Shown: piece by piece, positions 41,270-50,489 of the stretch
Layout: each line of letters starts with the position of its first letter
Numbering within the stretch: position 1 is the first letter of the stretch
Assembly (NCBI GenBank): GCA_014727915.1
Contig: WJMO01000001.1
Coordinates: 1-62,005, forward strand
Length of the DNA stretch: 62,005 bases
Direction of reading: 5' to 3'
Origin: Candidatus Altiarchaeales archaeon
Lineage (GTDB): Archaea > Altiarchaeota > Altiarchaeia > IMC4 > SCGC-AAA252-I15
Position numbers and translations under genes: made by a program
The notes under the pieces: generated by a model
The model's database searches: none
The model's input: only the letters and a program-made list of their open reading frames with translations
What the model was told of the DNA's origin: nothing

Positions 41270-42091
41270 TTATTGGGATGGTAGGTGTCCGGGCTCGTAG
41301 TCGACCTCGCTGTAGAGTGTCTTCGTCTCATAGCACCATGAGCCTTTGCATGTGGTGTATACCTTCCCGTCCGACCTGCAGGTGCCGTCCTCGTAGCAGG
41401 TGTATTCTTTGGTGATGTTCCACCATCTTTCACCCCAGTATCCTCCTTGCTTGTAGGCGTAGGGTTCTCTGTCCTCATCATCGTAGCATGCTCCGTCCCT
41501 GCAGGGGTTCAGTGGCCCGCAGTAGTCTGCGATGCGCTTGAGCTCCTTCTTAAGGGTGCAGTATGATTCGGTTGTCCCGGGGTTCCTGCACTCGTATACG
41601 ATGTAGTCCTGGTATACTGAACCGTCCTCGCCGCAGTATCGTTTCTTCCAGCCGGGTATCCCGCAGTTGGAGTCTTCGTGGCAGGATATCCTGGTCTCTC
41701 CATCGGTCGCGGGGGATTTTTTGGTTGGTGTTATCTTGGGGGTGCAGTATCCTTTTCCTTCAGCGCATTCTTCGCTTGGCTGGCACCAGTCCACGACCTC
41801 CGCTACTGTGTGGTTTACGCATGTGGCGTTGTCCCATCCGCCGTCCCTGCATTTGTAGGAGACGTATATGTGTGTTACGAAGTCGTCCCTGCACCCGAAG
41901 CCCGTGTATGCGCTGACCCCGCAGTCCAGGTCTATGATGCATTCCGGGCGTTCTGTTGGGGTTTCAGGCAGTGTTGTTGATGTTGTAGGCTTCGGATGTG
42001 CGGATTCTGGTTCCTGGCTGGACATGGCATTCCCAGGGAGGAGTAGTATCAGGGATATGAGTGCCACCCCAGCCACAGCATACCTCAACAT
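41270..42091 (-). CDS. Secreted Cys-rich repeat protein
   Basis: Signal peptide; repeated CxxDxxCG...C...Y..Y.C modules. Confidence 0.75.
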   Translation of the reverse strand: MLRYAVAGVALISLILLLPGNAMSSQEPESAHPKPTTSTTLPETPTERPECIIDLDCGVSAYTGFGCRDDFVTHIYVSYKCRDGGWDNATCVNHTVAEVVDWCQPSEECAEGKGYCTPKITPTKKSPATDGETRISCHEDSNCGIPGWKKRYCGEDGSVYQDYIVYECRNPGTTESYCTLKKELKRIADYCGPLNPCRDGACYDDEDREPYAYKQGGYWGERWWNITKEYTCYEDGTCRSDGKVYTTCKGSWCYETKTLYSEVDYEPGHLPSQ

Positions 42092-42124
42092 ATATTAAAC
42101 ATTGTACAACATAGAATATATATC

Positions 42125-42445
42125 TTAGAAAACGCCAGGATTAGGCCTCAGAGGCTTTTTATCCTTGTTCCCGCTTTTCAGATAGTCGGTCCAGCAGTCA
42201 GCAAGGAAATAAACACTCTCCTGGCCCTCTAACGGCAGCCTAGAGCCCTTTTTCAGCAGTTTCTCCTGGCCTTCATGCGTCAGCTTGACCTCCAGATGCA
42301 GCCTATCAACCTGACCCTCCAAAGAACGCACTATAACGCCCAAGATGGTGCCCTTACCGACAAGACCTGCCTCCACAGCCTTTTCAGTCAGCTCGACGGG
42401 CACATCCCTTATGTACTCCAAATCCTCAAAGACCACTTCAAACAT
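42125..42445 (-). CDS. Hypothetical protein
   Basis: Plausible composition; GGTGG RBS upstream of ATG 42445. Confidence 0.55.
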   Translation of the reverse strand: MFEVVFEDLEYIRDVPVELTEKAVEAGLVGKGTILGVIVRSLEGQVDRLHLEVKLTHEGQEKLLKKGSRLPLEGQESVYFLADCWTDYLKSGNKDKKPLRPNPGVF

Positions 42446-42543
42446 GATGCAACAACCCACCAAAAAAAATCTGTCTTAAGTTATTGCAGACACCATATAA
42501 AAACCCTTAGGAAAAGAACCGGAACTCGAGCAGGAAAGACGCG

Positions 42544-42587
42544 AAAAAAAAAGAAGAAAAAGAAGAAGCTAGTTACTTCTTCTTCTT
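42544..42587 (-). terminator. Hairpin + oligo-T terminator of the Lys-rich gene
   Basis: AAGAAGAAG-CTAGTTA-CTTCTTCTT inverted repeat over the stop codon, followed on the minus strand by T-tracts. Confidence 0.5.
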
Positions 42588-42701
42588 TGCTTTCTTCTTA
42601 GTTTTTTTCTTGGTCGACTTCTTCTTTTTCTTGGTTGCCTTCTTCTTGGTCGACTTCTTCTTTTTCTTGGTTGCCTTCTTCTTGGCTTTCTTCTTGGCCA
42701 T
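42573..42701 (-). CDS. 42-aa Lys-rich basic protein (H1-tail/HC-like)
   Basis: Not in track; MAKKKAKKKATKKKKKSTKKKATKKKKKSTKKKTKKKAKKKK, 29 Lys; AT-rich TATA-like region upstream. Confidence 0.75.
   Translation of the reverse strand: MAKKKAKKKATKKKKKSTKKKATKKKKKSTKKKTKKKAKKKK
42607..42678. repeat. 36-bp tandem duplication within the Lys-rich gene
   Basis: TTCTTGGTCGACTTCTTCTTTTTCTTGGTTGCCTTC x2. Confidence 0.85.
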
Positions 42702-42820
42702 CTTAATCAACACAATATTATTATTCATTGTGTACAACAGTATATAAACATGATGAGGAAGCTTCCCGGCTGGGTAAAATTTTTATTTACTGCGGGGAAG
42801 AATATGTTAAAACCAAAAAA

Positions 42821-43699
42821 ATGTCCAGCACAGAATGGAAGTTCGGGTTGATCGCCCTGTTCGTTTTGTCGGCGATGGCGGGGGGGTGCATCAGCCAAGG
42901 CGGGGACGGGACGGACGACACCGTTAAAGTGACTTCGCCTACTGGGACTGTTTACAAGCCAGACCCTAAGACGGTGAAGCTGCTCGAATGCGACGAGAAA
43001 GGCTCTTTGGACGAGAGATACGGGTGCTATACGCTGGCTGCGATGGAATTCAACGAAACCAGCATATGCGCCAGGATAGAGGACGAATACTGGAATGTCG
43101 TATGCTATAACAAGCTGGGCGTGGATAAGAGGATCCACGTGATAGACCCGTCGAAAGACGTCCTCGTAACAACAACGTTGAAGCCCACTACCACGACACT
43201 AGCCTGCGGAAACGGTGTTATCGACGAGGGGGAGGACTGCGACATCGGAGAGGTGTGCTCCCATGGCGAGGGAGTTTGCAACATGCGCGAGGCGGGAGTG
43301 GTGTGGGCCACATGCCTGGTGAAGGGGAGCTGCGACTGGAACTCCCAGACGATCGCGTCAGGAGAGTATGACATGGGATCCTGCAAGGGATGCTACGGTT
43401 GGAACCAGACGCTCAAGTGCAGGTGCATAGAATCTGACGTGATGCACATGACAAACGTCTCGGTGGGCGGGGGCAGTGGAGGGGACAGCGACGGCACGGG
43501 CTGGAAGGTCGTGGACGGCCCTAGCGAATTCTACAGGTGCGATGACGGAAGATGCATAAAATCCTTCGGCCTGAGCAGCAGCTCATGCACGTCCAACAGC
43601 GACTGCAGGCACTACGAGTGCGCAAACGGGAAATGCGACCTCATAGACACCCCCGGGGAAGACACTTGCACCACGGACCAGGACTGCGAAGTGGATTAG
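42821..43699 (+). CDS. Cys-rich lipoprotein
   Basis: AGGCI lipobox-like site, CGNGVIDEGEDCD module, C-terminal CxxxxDC repeats. Confidence 0.8.
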   Translation: MSSTEWKFGLIALFVLSAMAGGCISQGGDGTDDTVKVTSPTGTVYKPDPKTVKLLECDEKGSLDERYGCYTLAAMEFNETSICARIEDEYWNVVCYNKLGVDKRIHVIDPSKDVLVTTTLKPTTTTLACGNGVIDEGEDCDIGEVCSHGEGVCNMREAGVVWATCLVKGSCDWNSQTIASGEYDMGSCKGCYGWNQTLKCRCIESDVMHMTNVSVGGGSGGDSDGTGWKVVDGPSEFYRCDDGRCIKSFGLSSSSCTSNSDCRHYECANGKCDLIDTPGEDTCTTDQDCEVD

Positions 43700-44244
43700 G
43701 GCTTCCGGAGTAACATCGCCCTGCTAAATAGGACCTTTGGATCTGCAGAAGGCGTGAGACCCTGTTCTTCCGCCAGTGAAATGCTCTCCCCGAATTCCCG
43801 GCTGGTCACGCGGGAGTTGGGCTCCACGACCATTAGAAGCCCCCCAGCCCCCAGAATGGTGTGGACTTCCTGGTAGAACATCTTCGGGTCCGGGACCTCA
43901 TGGACCACATAGAAGGCCAATACGAAGTCGAAGGGCCCGGAAACACCGAGCCCGTCTTCTGAGCACCTGCGAGCCTCAACAACGGAGCCAACACCCTTTT
44001 CCTCTATCTTCTTCCGGAGTTTGTCCAGCATCTCCTCCTGTATGTCACATGCTATGACACTCCCCCCATCACCTACCATGTCTGCCAGGGCGAAGGTGAA
44101 CGTGCCCGACGCGCACCCGACATCCAAGACCCTATCTCCCCGCCCCACATAGCTTCCGAATATGCGCCGGGGGTTGTGCACCAGCCGGCGCAGCCAGTTG
44201 TCTAGGAATCCTGCGTGGGAGTGGGGGCAAACGTGCTCCTCCAT
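43696..44244 (-). CDS. Class I SAM-dependent methyltransferase
   Basis: VLDVGCASG, DIQEEML, FDFVLAFYVVHE. Confidence 0.88.
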   Translation of the reverse strand: MEEHVCPHSHAGFLDNWLRRLVHNPRRIFGSYVGRGDRVLDVGCASGTFTFALADMVGDGGSVIACDIQEEMLDKLRKKIEEKGVGSVVEARRCSEDGLGVSGPFDFVLAFYVVHEVPDPKMFYQEVHTILGAGGLLMVVEPNSRVTSREFGESISLAEEQGLTPSADPKVLFSRAMLLRKP

Positions 44245-44265
44245 GCAAGAGAATGGGATACCCTG

Positions 44266-44502
44266 CTATTTAACTTCCTTCCCCTGCTCGAGGGAGTAGT
44301 CTGCCCTTGACGGCTCGTCCCCTACGCGGCTTCCGCCTGTTAGAACATGGTACAGGCTGTAGACCGGCTCCAGGAGGAAGTCCAGGATAGTCCATGACAC
44401 CCCTAGCAGGGAGAAAATGACTGACAGGGCGAACGCTGCGACTATTAACAATAGTAGAGCGGCGGCTGCGGCCGCCCCGCACACGAAGAGGGGGTCCATC
44501 AC
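44266..44502 (-). CDS. Small membrane protein
   Basis: Hydrophobic N-terminal half; coupled to the upstream gene. Confidence 0.6.
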   Translation of the reverse strand: MMDPLFVCGAAAAAALLLLIVAAFALSVIFSLLGVSWTILDFLLEPVYSLYHVLTGGSRVGDEPSRADYSLEQGKEVK

Positions 44503-45179
44503 CTGGATCTTGGTATGTACCTCAGGATCTTGCTGGCGAGGTTAGGTATTGGCATTGACTGGAGCCACACCCGGCCCGGGCCCTTGACGCTCGCCAGGAA
44601 GAGGCCTTCACCGCCGAACAGGATGTTCTTGACTCCCTTAACGCGGGTTATGTCGAAGTTGACTTCCGGGTCGTACAGCCCCAGATGCCCCGGGTCGACC
44701 TTAAGCTCCTGCCCTGGCTCCAGACTGTATTCTGTGACGTCGCCTGCAAGCTCGAGGAAGACCGTTCCGGGGCCTGTGACCTTCTGCATTATGAATCCCT
44801 CGCCGCCGAACAGTCCTGCTCCTAGCTTCTTCCTGAAATGCATCTCCAAAGTGACGGAAGACTCGGCGCACATGAACGCGTCCTTCTGGCAGATGAGGGA
44901 CTGACCCTCGGCCAGCTCCAAGGGTATTATCTTCCCTGGGAACTCGTTCACGAACGATATTATCCCCGTTCCTCCGTTGCACGTGTATGTGGTCATGAAG
45001 AGGGACTCGCCGGACATCGCCCGCGTAAGGCCCTTGATCAGCCCGCCTTTGGTGTCGGTCTTCATGTCGAAGTTGTTGGACATCCACGCCATCCCACCGG
45101 ACTCCGTGTAGACCGACTGCCCCTGAGCCAACTCGATATCAACAACCTGCAAAACAGAACCTCTGATAGTATATTTCAT
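44499..45179 (-). CDS. AIM24 / TIGR00266 family protein
   Basis: ESGGMAWMS, GESLF, FGGEGF, GPGRVWLQS. Confidence 0.92.
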   Translation of the reverse strand: MKYTIRGSVLQVVDIELAQGQSVYTESGGMAWMSNNFDMKTDTKGGLIKGLTRAMSGESLFMTTYTCNGGTGIISFVNEFPGKIIPLELAEGQSLICQKDAFMCAESSVTLEMHFRKKLGAGLFGGEGFIMQKVTGPGTVFLELAGDVTEYSLEPGQELKVDPGHLGLYDPEVNFDITRVKGVKNILFGGEGLFLASVKGPGRVWLQSMPIPNLASKILRYIPRSR

Positions 45180-45238
45180 GGTAAGATCACCTCTTATTTG
45201 GAAAAAAACGATTGAAGATATATAAGATGCGAAGACAG

Positions 45239-46270
45239 CTACTTGCCTGAAATGATCTTCCGGCAGACTGGACAGGAACTTGCTGGGGGGTGCGTATCAA
45301 CGCCTGCGACGATCTCGTCCCTCATCTTCCAGTGTTTGAGATGCCAGTAGAGTATCTCCTTGTTCATGGACAGCTTCGCCCTAACGCGACCGGGTAAGCC
45401 AGGCAGATGGGACAGCAGCATTAGCGGTGAGAAGAGCGCTCCTATTATCGTCTTGGCCCACCATAGCTGACGTGTCCTCGGAGCCCCGTAGTGTTTGTTG
45501 AAGAGGTGGTATAGGCTGTGCATGTGATGTAATGTCCTGCGACGGGACATGCTCGTGGTTGAGCCGTGCTCTGAGTGCAATACAGAGGCTGATGGCGTGT
45601 ACCAGACCTTCCAACCGTGCTTGTAGGCGCGTAACATCATCTCAACCTCCTCATAGTACATGAAGAACCACTCGTCAAACGAACCCACATCATCGAAGAC
45701 CTCAGCCCGGGCCATGTAAAAGCAGCCGTTCGCACAGGCAAGCTGGCCGGGGCCGTCGTAGAACTTCCTCGTGGGCCACAGGTCCCACGGCGCGGCCCTC
45801 AAGCCCAGGAGGTGAGTTATGAAGCGGGGGAAGACGAGGGACCTGCAGGCTTCGGTGAGTAGGCTGGGGTAGTTCGCATAGCAGGGGTTCTGGAGGGACC
45901 CGTCCGGGTGCAGGTACCTCCCGGTTATGAAGCCTATGCGAGGGTCTGATGCGATGGCAGAGAGGAGATTGTCGAGGGTCCCCTCCATCAGCCTTATGTC
46001 CTCTGACATGATGGCATAGTATCCGGCCCTCCCGAGGGAAACCGCCTTTTTACGGTTGGCGCCCACCCCCAGGCGTGTTTCATTACGGGAGACCTTGACT
46101 GTTGGGAACTCTGACGCGAGCATCTCGGACGTCCCATCAGCGGAGGCGTTATCTATCACCCATACCTCATGGGGGCAGGAGGGGGGATAGGCCATTATCG
46201 AAGCCAGGCAATCCCTCAGAAGCTCGCGGTTGTCCGTGGAAGTCACGCAAACCAGCAGATCCAACGCCAA
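45239..46270 (-). CDS. GT2 glycosyltransferase (rhamnosyltransferase-like)
   Basis: IDNASADGT, FDEWFFMYYEEV; start moved to TTG 46270, which follows an AGGTGG RBS. Confidence 0.85.
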   Translation of the reverse strand: MALDLLVCVTSTDNRELLRDCLASIMAYPPSCPHEVWVIDNASADGTSEMLASEFPTVKVSRNETRLGVGANRKKAVSLGRAGYYAIMSEDIRLMEGTLDNLLSAIASDPRIGFITGRYLHPDGSLQNPCYANYPSLLTEACRSLVFPRFITHLLGLRAAPWDLWPTRKFYDGPGQLACANGCFYMARAEVFDDVGSFDEWFFMYYEEVEMMLRAYKHGWKVWYTPSASVLHSEHGSTTSMSRRRTLHHMHSLYHLFNKHYGAPRTRQLWWAKTIIGALFSPLMLLSHLPGLPGRVRAKLSMNKEILYWHLKHWKMRDEIVAGVDTHPPASSCPVCRKIISGK

Positions 46271-46553
46271 AACACACCACCTAAGAAAACAATGACAATA
46301 GAAGATAAAAAACCACCCGAGACTGCGATTGTCAGTTGACATGCCTGTTGCCTGTCCCGTTCGCTGTCGTCAGCTACGAGAACCCCTTTTTTTAATTGTC
46401 TGCTGGTTTGGACCCCAGGCAACGGCTTGTGCCGTGGAACATGAGGGTCTGGCAGTTTCCTGGACTATCCCATCATAGAACTTATCTCCTTGGCAGCCAT
46501 ACTCATATGATGATAATCGGTTAAAATGGCGAAAAGAGGGGCATGACATGGGG

Positions 46554-47138
46554 TTACCCCAGGAGGGAGCCTATTATGTAGCTCAGAATGACTGCGACAA
46601 CAGCCACCAGTATCATCTTCACACCATAGGATATCATGGAGCTTTTGCTTATCTTCCCCAGGTAGCAGCCGACGAGGAATATCTCCAAACCGCCTATGAG
46701 CATGGAGTACATGAACGCGTATTCAACGGCCAAGAGTCCCAGCCGGGCTGCCATGAAGGGAGATATCATTATGAGAGCCGTCAGGACCGGGCTCAGGCCG
46801 TTGACGACGGATGAGAACAGCGCCGCAAAGCTCCGGGCATCCTCGTGGAGGGTATCACCCAGGTCGACGAGCATGGACCTCTCCAGTTTCTTGAGCTCCT
46901 TCTCTCTCATCGCCCTCTCGGCGAGGTAGGCGCTCGCAGAACCTGAAACACCCAAGGCCACGATACCCGCGAAGCCGGTGCCCAGAACCACATCAGGGTC
47001 ATGGTGGCCGGCAACATAAGACCCGACAATGACGCCCATCATAGTGTACAATCCGTCAAAGCCGTTGAGGACAAAATACCTGCCCGCAATATCCAAGACA
47101 TTAGTGACCCTGAAATACGTGCGGATCCGGGATAACAT
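46554..47138 (-). CDS. VIT1/CCC1-family metal transporter
   Basis: NGFDGL, SAYLAERA, 5 TM. Confidence 0.82.
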   Translation of the reverse strand: MLSRIRTYFRVTNVLDIAGRYFVLNGFDGLYTMMGVIVGSYVAGHHDPDVVLGTGFAGIVALGVSGSASAYLAERAMREKELKKLERSMLVDLGDTLHEDARSFAALFSSVVNGLSPVLTALIMISPFMAARLGLLAVEYAFMYSMLIGGLEIFLVGCYLGKISKSSMISYGVKMILVAVVAVILSYIIGSLLG

Positions 47139-47208
47139 AGAAGAAAAAGAAGGAAGAGGGAGAATAAAAACCACACGTATTTTTATTGTTTTGAAGGTTT
47201 TATAATAC

Positions 47209-48960
47209 ATGTCTAACGAACTTTCAAAGTTTGAAAAAACATTTATTGTCTGGACCGACGGAAGCCTCCCGAAGGAGACTTACGAGTTCCTAGACAGCAG
47301 GTCATTCTCTGAAATCGTGGGTTATTACCTCGATGAACTCCGGATGCACGAGTCAAACCTCCTTAGGATATTCCCCCAGGGATTGGAGGATGCGGAGCAG
47401 GTCAAGGTCATAGTCGATCTTTTCAAGAAGCTTTACTACAATACTGTGGAAGACATCGAAAGGGATTATCCCGAATACGAGCATCTCCTAGGTGACAGGT
47501 ATAACCTGCAGCAGTTCATAGAGAACTTATACAATTTCTGGAGGGGCTTTGAGAGATATATAGTATGTTCATCGCTTGACGAGATGGGATACGATAAGAG
47601 GCCGTATAGGACGTTTAGGGACACGATCTCCCATATGAACCATCTTGTCCGGAAAACTTATAGGGACATTTCAGAGAACCTCATGGGCGAATCATACAAT
47701 GTCTATCGCCAGGTGTCATCAGGGTTCTCGGTCGGGATCATAGCCGTGAACAAGGAATGGGGGTGTCCTGACGAATATATGAGACTGGATGCAATACCCA
47801 TGGTAACGCAGGTCCTCCTATACCCCCCGCTGATATTGGATCCGCTGATGAACAAGAGGAAGGGCAGTTTTAAGAAGGTCGAGTCAAACCCCCTGGAGGG
47901 CATCGAATTCCAGGATAAACAATGGCTCTGTTATCCCGCAAAAGTCGGGAGTCTTTTGATTCACATCTACTTCCATAACAAATTCATGAGCTTGGGCTGC
48001 TCTGCTGCGAACTTGTTCGAGCTGGCTAAGAGCGAGGACCTTGAACGAAAACCGGATGCGATCTACGCGTTCGGAGTCGACGAGGACGGCCTAGACAGGT
48101 TCGGCTGTGAGACGGTCTTTTACGAAGACGAGAAGAACGACCTACTGATCGCGGCAGTTCCGAGGAAAAACGATTATGGATACTTTGGCTACCTGAAGAA
48201 GATGGTTCTGACGCTCCACAATATTTTGATGATGAAGCGCGGGAGATTCCCCATACACGGGGCGATGGTGGGCATAGAACTCAAGGAAGGCAGGAAAGCG
48301 AACGTAGTCATAGTAGGGGATACTGGCGCCGGAAAATCCGAGTCATTGGAGGCGTTCAGGACGATAGGGGACGCAAAGATAAAGGACATGACCATCATAT
48401 TCGACGACATGGGCTCATTGGAGGTCGATGACGAGGGGAGGGTGAAGGCATACGGGACTGAAATAGGCGCGTTCGTCCGTTTGGACGACCTACAGCCTGG
48501 CTTTGCATTCGGGAACATCGACCGCTCGATAATAATGAGCCCCCAGAAGGTGAACGCGAGGGTGGTGTTGCCTGTGACAACCATAGAAGAAGTGCTAAGA
48601 GGGAATGAGGTTGACTTCTTCCTTTACGCGAACAACTACGAGGAAATCGGAGAAAAAGAAGAGATAATCGAGAGATTCGGCACAGCAGACGAAGCACTGA
48701 GGGTTTTCAGCGAGGGAAAGGTCATGTCGAAGGGAACGACCGAATCATCAGGCGTGGTAAAAACTTATTTCGCGAATATTTTCGGACCCCCGCAGTACAA
48801 AGAACTGCACGACAATATCGCTACAAGATACTTCGGAAAAATGTTTGAAACGGGCGTTTTCGTGGGCCAGGTCAGGACCAGGCTGGGTATCGAGGGCTAT
48901 GAGACGGAAGGGCCGATGATAGCCGCGCAAGAACTATTGAAACTGATAGACCGTAGTTAG
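47209..48960 (+). CDS. PEP-carboxykinase-like P-loop protein (atypical family)
   Basis: YFGYLKK, PIHGAM, GDTGAGKSE, FDDMG, GTE.GAF, NARV. Confidence 0.72.
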   Translation: MSNELSKFEKTFIVWTDGSLPKETYEFLDSRSFSEIVGYYLDELRMHESNLLRIFPQGLEDAEQVKVIVDLFKKLYYNTVEDIERDYPEYEHLLGDRYNLQQFIENLYNFWRGFERYIVCSSLDEMGYDKRPYRTFRDTISHMNHLVRKTYRDISENLMGESYNVYRQVSSGFSVGIIAVNKEWGCPDEYMRLDAIPMVTQVLLYPPLILDPLMNKRKGSFKKVESNPLEGIEFQDKQWLCYPAKVGSLLIHIYFHNKFMSLGCSAANLFELAKSEDLERKPDAIYAFGVDEDGLDRFGCETVFYEDEKNDLLIAAVPRKNDYGYFGYLKKMVLTLHNILMMKRGRFPIHGAMVGIELKEGRKANVVIVGDTGAGKSESLEAFRTIGDAKIKDMTIIFDDMGSLEVDDEGRVKAYGTEIGAFVRLDDLQPGFAFGNIDRSIIMSPQKVNARVVLPVTTIEEVLRGNEVDFFLYANNYEEIGEKEEIIERFGTADEALRVFSEGKVMSKGTTESSGVVKTYFANIFGPPQYKELHDNIATRYFGKMFETGVFVGQVRTRLGIEGYETEGPMIAAQELLKLIDRS

Positions 48961-49037
48961 GAAGACATGCATATCCAAGCTCGCCTCTTGTATTTTTTTA
49001 ACTGTTTTTTATATTTGTTTGCACATATTTGGTTCCT

Positions 49038-50270
49038 ATGAGTCTACAGGTAACCGAACTGCTATTCATCCTGATGGTCTCCTGGTATGCCGGCAGGTTC
49101 TTCCGGCGTAGACTGGATATGCCGCCCATGCTGGGGGAGTTGATCGCGGGTTTGTTGTTCGGCCCTACTGTCCTGGGTTGGATCGAGTCTAGCGAGTTCA
49201 TCGATTTTCTCGCTGAACTGGGGATTTTCTTTTTGATGTTCTATGCTGGTTTGGAGACCGACCCCAAGCTGTTCTTCAAGAACATCAAACCATCGATTCT
49301 GGTGGGCATCCTGGGTTTTGCTATACCCCTGGGATTGGGTTATTACGGGACTTTATGGTTCATGCCCGGGGCCACAAGCATTCAGGCCCTGTTCGTGGGT
49401 CTGGGTTTGAGCATCACCGCGATAGCGGTGAACGCCCGCATACTTATGGACCTGAGCCTATGCAACTCAAGGATAGGGAATATCCTCATCGGCTCGGCTG
49501 TCGTCGACGACGTCCTGTCTCTCGGGTTTTTTTCCGCTGTCGTCAAGACAGTCGAGGTAGGGTATTTTTCGTATAATACTTTCTTATTCTCTCTCGCATA
49601 TGTCCTGGCCTTTTTCGCCATCACCTATTTTATCGGGAAGATTGTTCTGCCCTACGTCAACAAGTACTATCTTGAAGGGGGAGGCCACGGATTCACCTTC
49701 GCCTTGTTGACTGCCTTTTTGTTCGCCTTGATCGGGGAGGCGCTGGGGTTGCACGTCATCATCGGCGCGTTCTTCGCCGGCTTGTTCGTGCGTGAGGAGA
49801 TAAAAAGACAGGATGTCCTGGATGCGTTAAACGACCGGTTGATGACCATCAGCTACGGGTTTCTAGGGCCGATTTTTTTCGTGTCTTTATCCTTCCACGT
49901 CGTTTTGGGCTTGATATTGGAGTACATAGAGTTCTTGACCATAGTCTTGATAATCGCTTTTATCGGGAAATTCGCAGGCTCATACGCGGGTGGCTGGCTT
50001 GCAGGGCTTAAAAGAGAGGAGAACGCCGTTGTAGCCATGGGCATGAACGGACGGGGGGCCGTGGAACTAATCCTCGTGGGTGTGGGGATAAATCTTGGAG
50101 TCCTTAACAAAGAAATCTCATCCATCCTGGTGTCAATGGCATTCATCACCACATTCCTAACCCCCATTGGATTCAAATTCCTTTTGGAGCGCTTTAATCT
50201 GGATTCCTGCATGATAAACCCAGACCAGGAGAAAGACACGCCAACCAGAGAGGGGATAAACCAGGGTTAG
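49038..50270 (+). CDS. CPA2 cation/proton antiporter
   Basis: ~13 TM, AVVDD, GAFFAG, GRGAVELI. Confidence 0.9.
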   Translation: MSLQVTELLFILMVSWYAGRFFRRRLDMPPMLGELIAGLLFGPTVLGWIESSEFIDFLAELGIFFLMFYAGLETDPKLFFKNIKPSILVGILGFAIPLGLGYYGTLWFMPGATSIQALFVGLGLSITAIAVNARILMDLSLCNSRIGNILIGSAVVDDVLSLGFFSAVVKTVEVGYFSYNTFLFSLAYVLAFFAITYFIGKIVLPYVNKYYLEGGGHGFTFALLTAFLFALIGEALGLHVIIGAFFAGLFVREEIKRQDVLDALNDRLMTISYGFLGPIFFVSLSFHVVLGLILEYIEFLTIVLIIAFIGKFAGSYAGGWLAGLKREENAVVAMGMNGRGAVELILVGVGINLGVLNKEISSILVSMAFITTFLTPIGFKFLLERFNLDSCMINPDQEKDTPTREGINQG

Positions 50271-50388
50271 CCCCGCCAGGATCCCACTCGCTTTCAGCTC
50301 GCTTATCCTGGGAGAGTTCGTGAGCCACCAATGCTTCGATGTGACCTTATTTAGCCCCGCCAGGATTATGCCGGAAAAGTCCGAATCC
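50268..50388. repeat. 121-bp structured repeat, copy 1, containing two copies of the tRNA-Gln 3' end
   Basis: 120/121 identical to 52707-52827; TAGCCCCGCCAGGAT at 50268 and 50352. Confidence 0.95.
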
Positions 50389-50489
50389 CGGTTACAGACA
50401 TAGAGTAAAAGACTAAAAAGGCCAGGTTAGAGGGGTGGAAAAGTGGTTTTTGAGTTTCTTTTTAGTAGTTATGTATTAGATTATAGAGC

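Noticed and set aside
42275-42601. Plus-strand 108-aa ORF with a Lys run
   Set aside because: The Lys run is the terminator A-tract of the minus-strand Lys-rich gene, and the ORF overlaps another gene in antisense.
46290-46550. Riboswitch or ncRNA in the intergenic gap
   Set aside because: No recognisable motif or convincing stem set by eye; an Rfam scan would settle it.
50268-50388. Additional tRNA genes within the 121-bp repeats
   Set aside because: No 5' acceptor strand, D-arm or anticodon arm; only the T-stem and 3' end are present.
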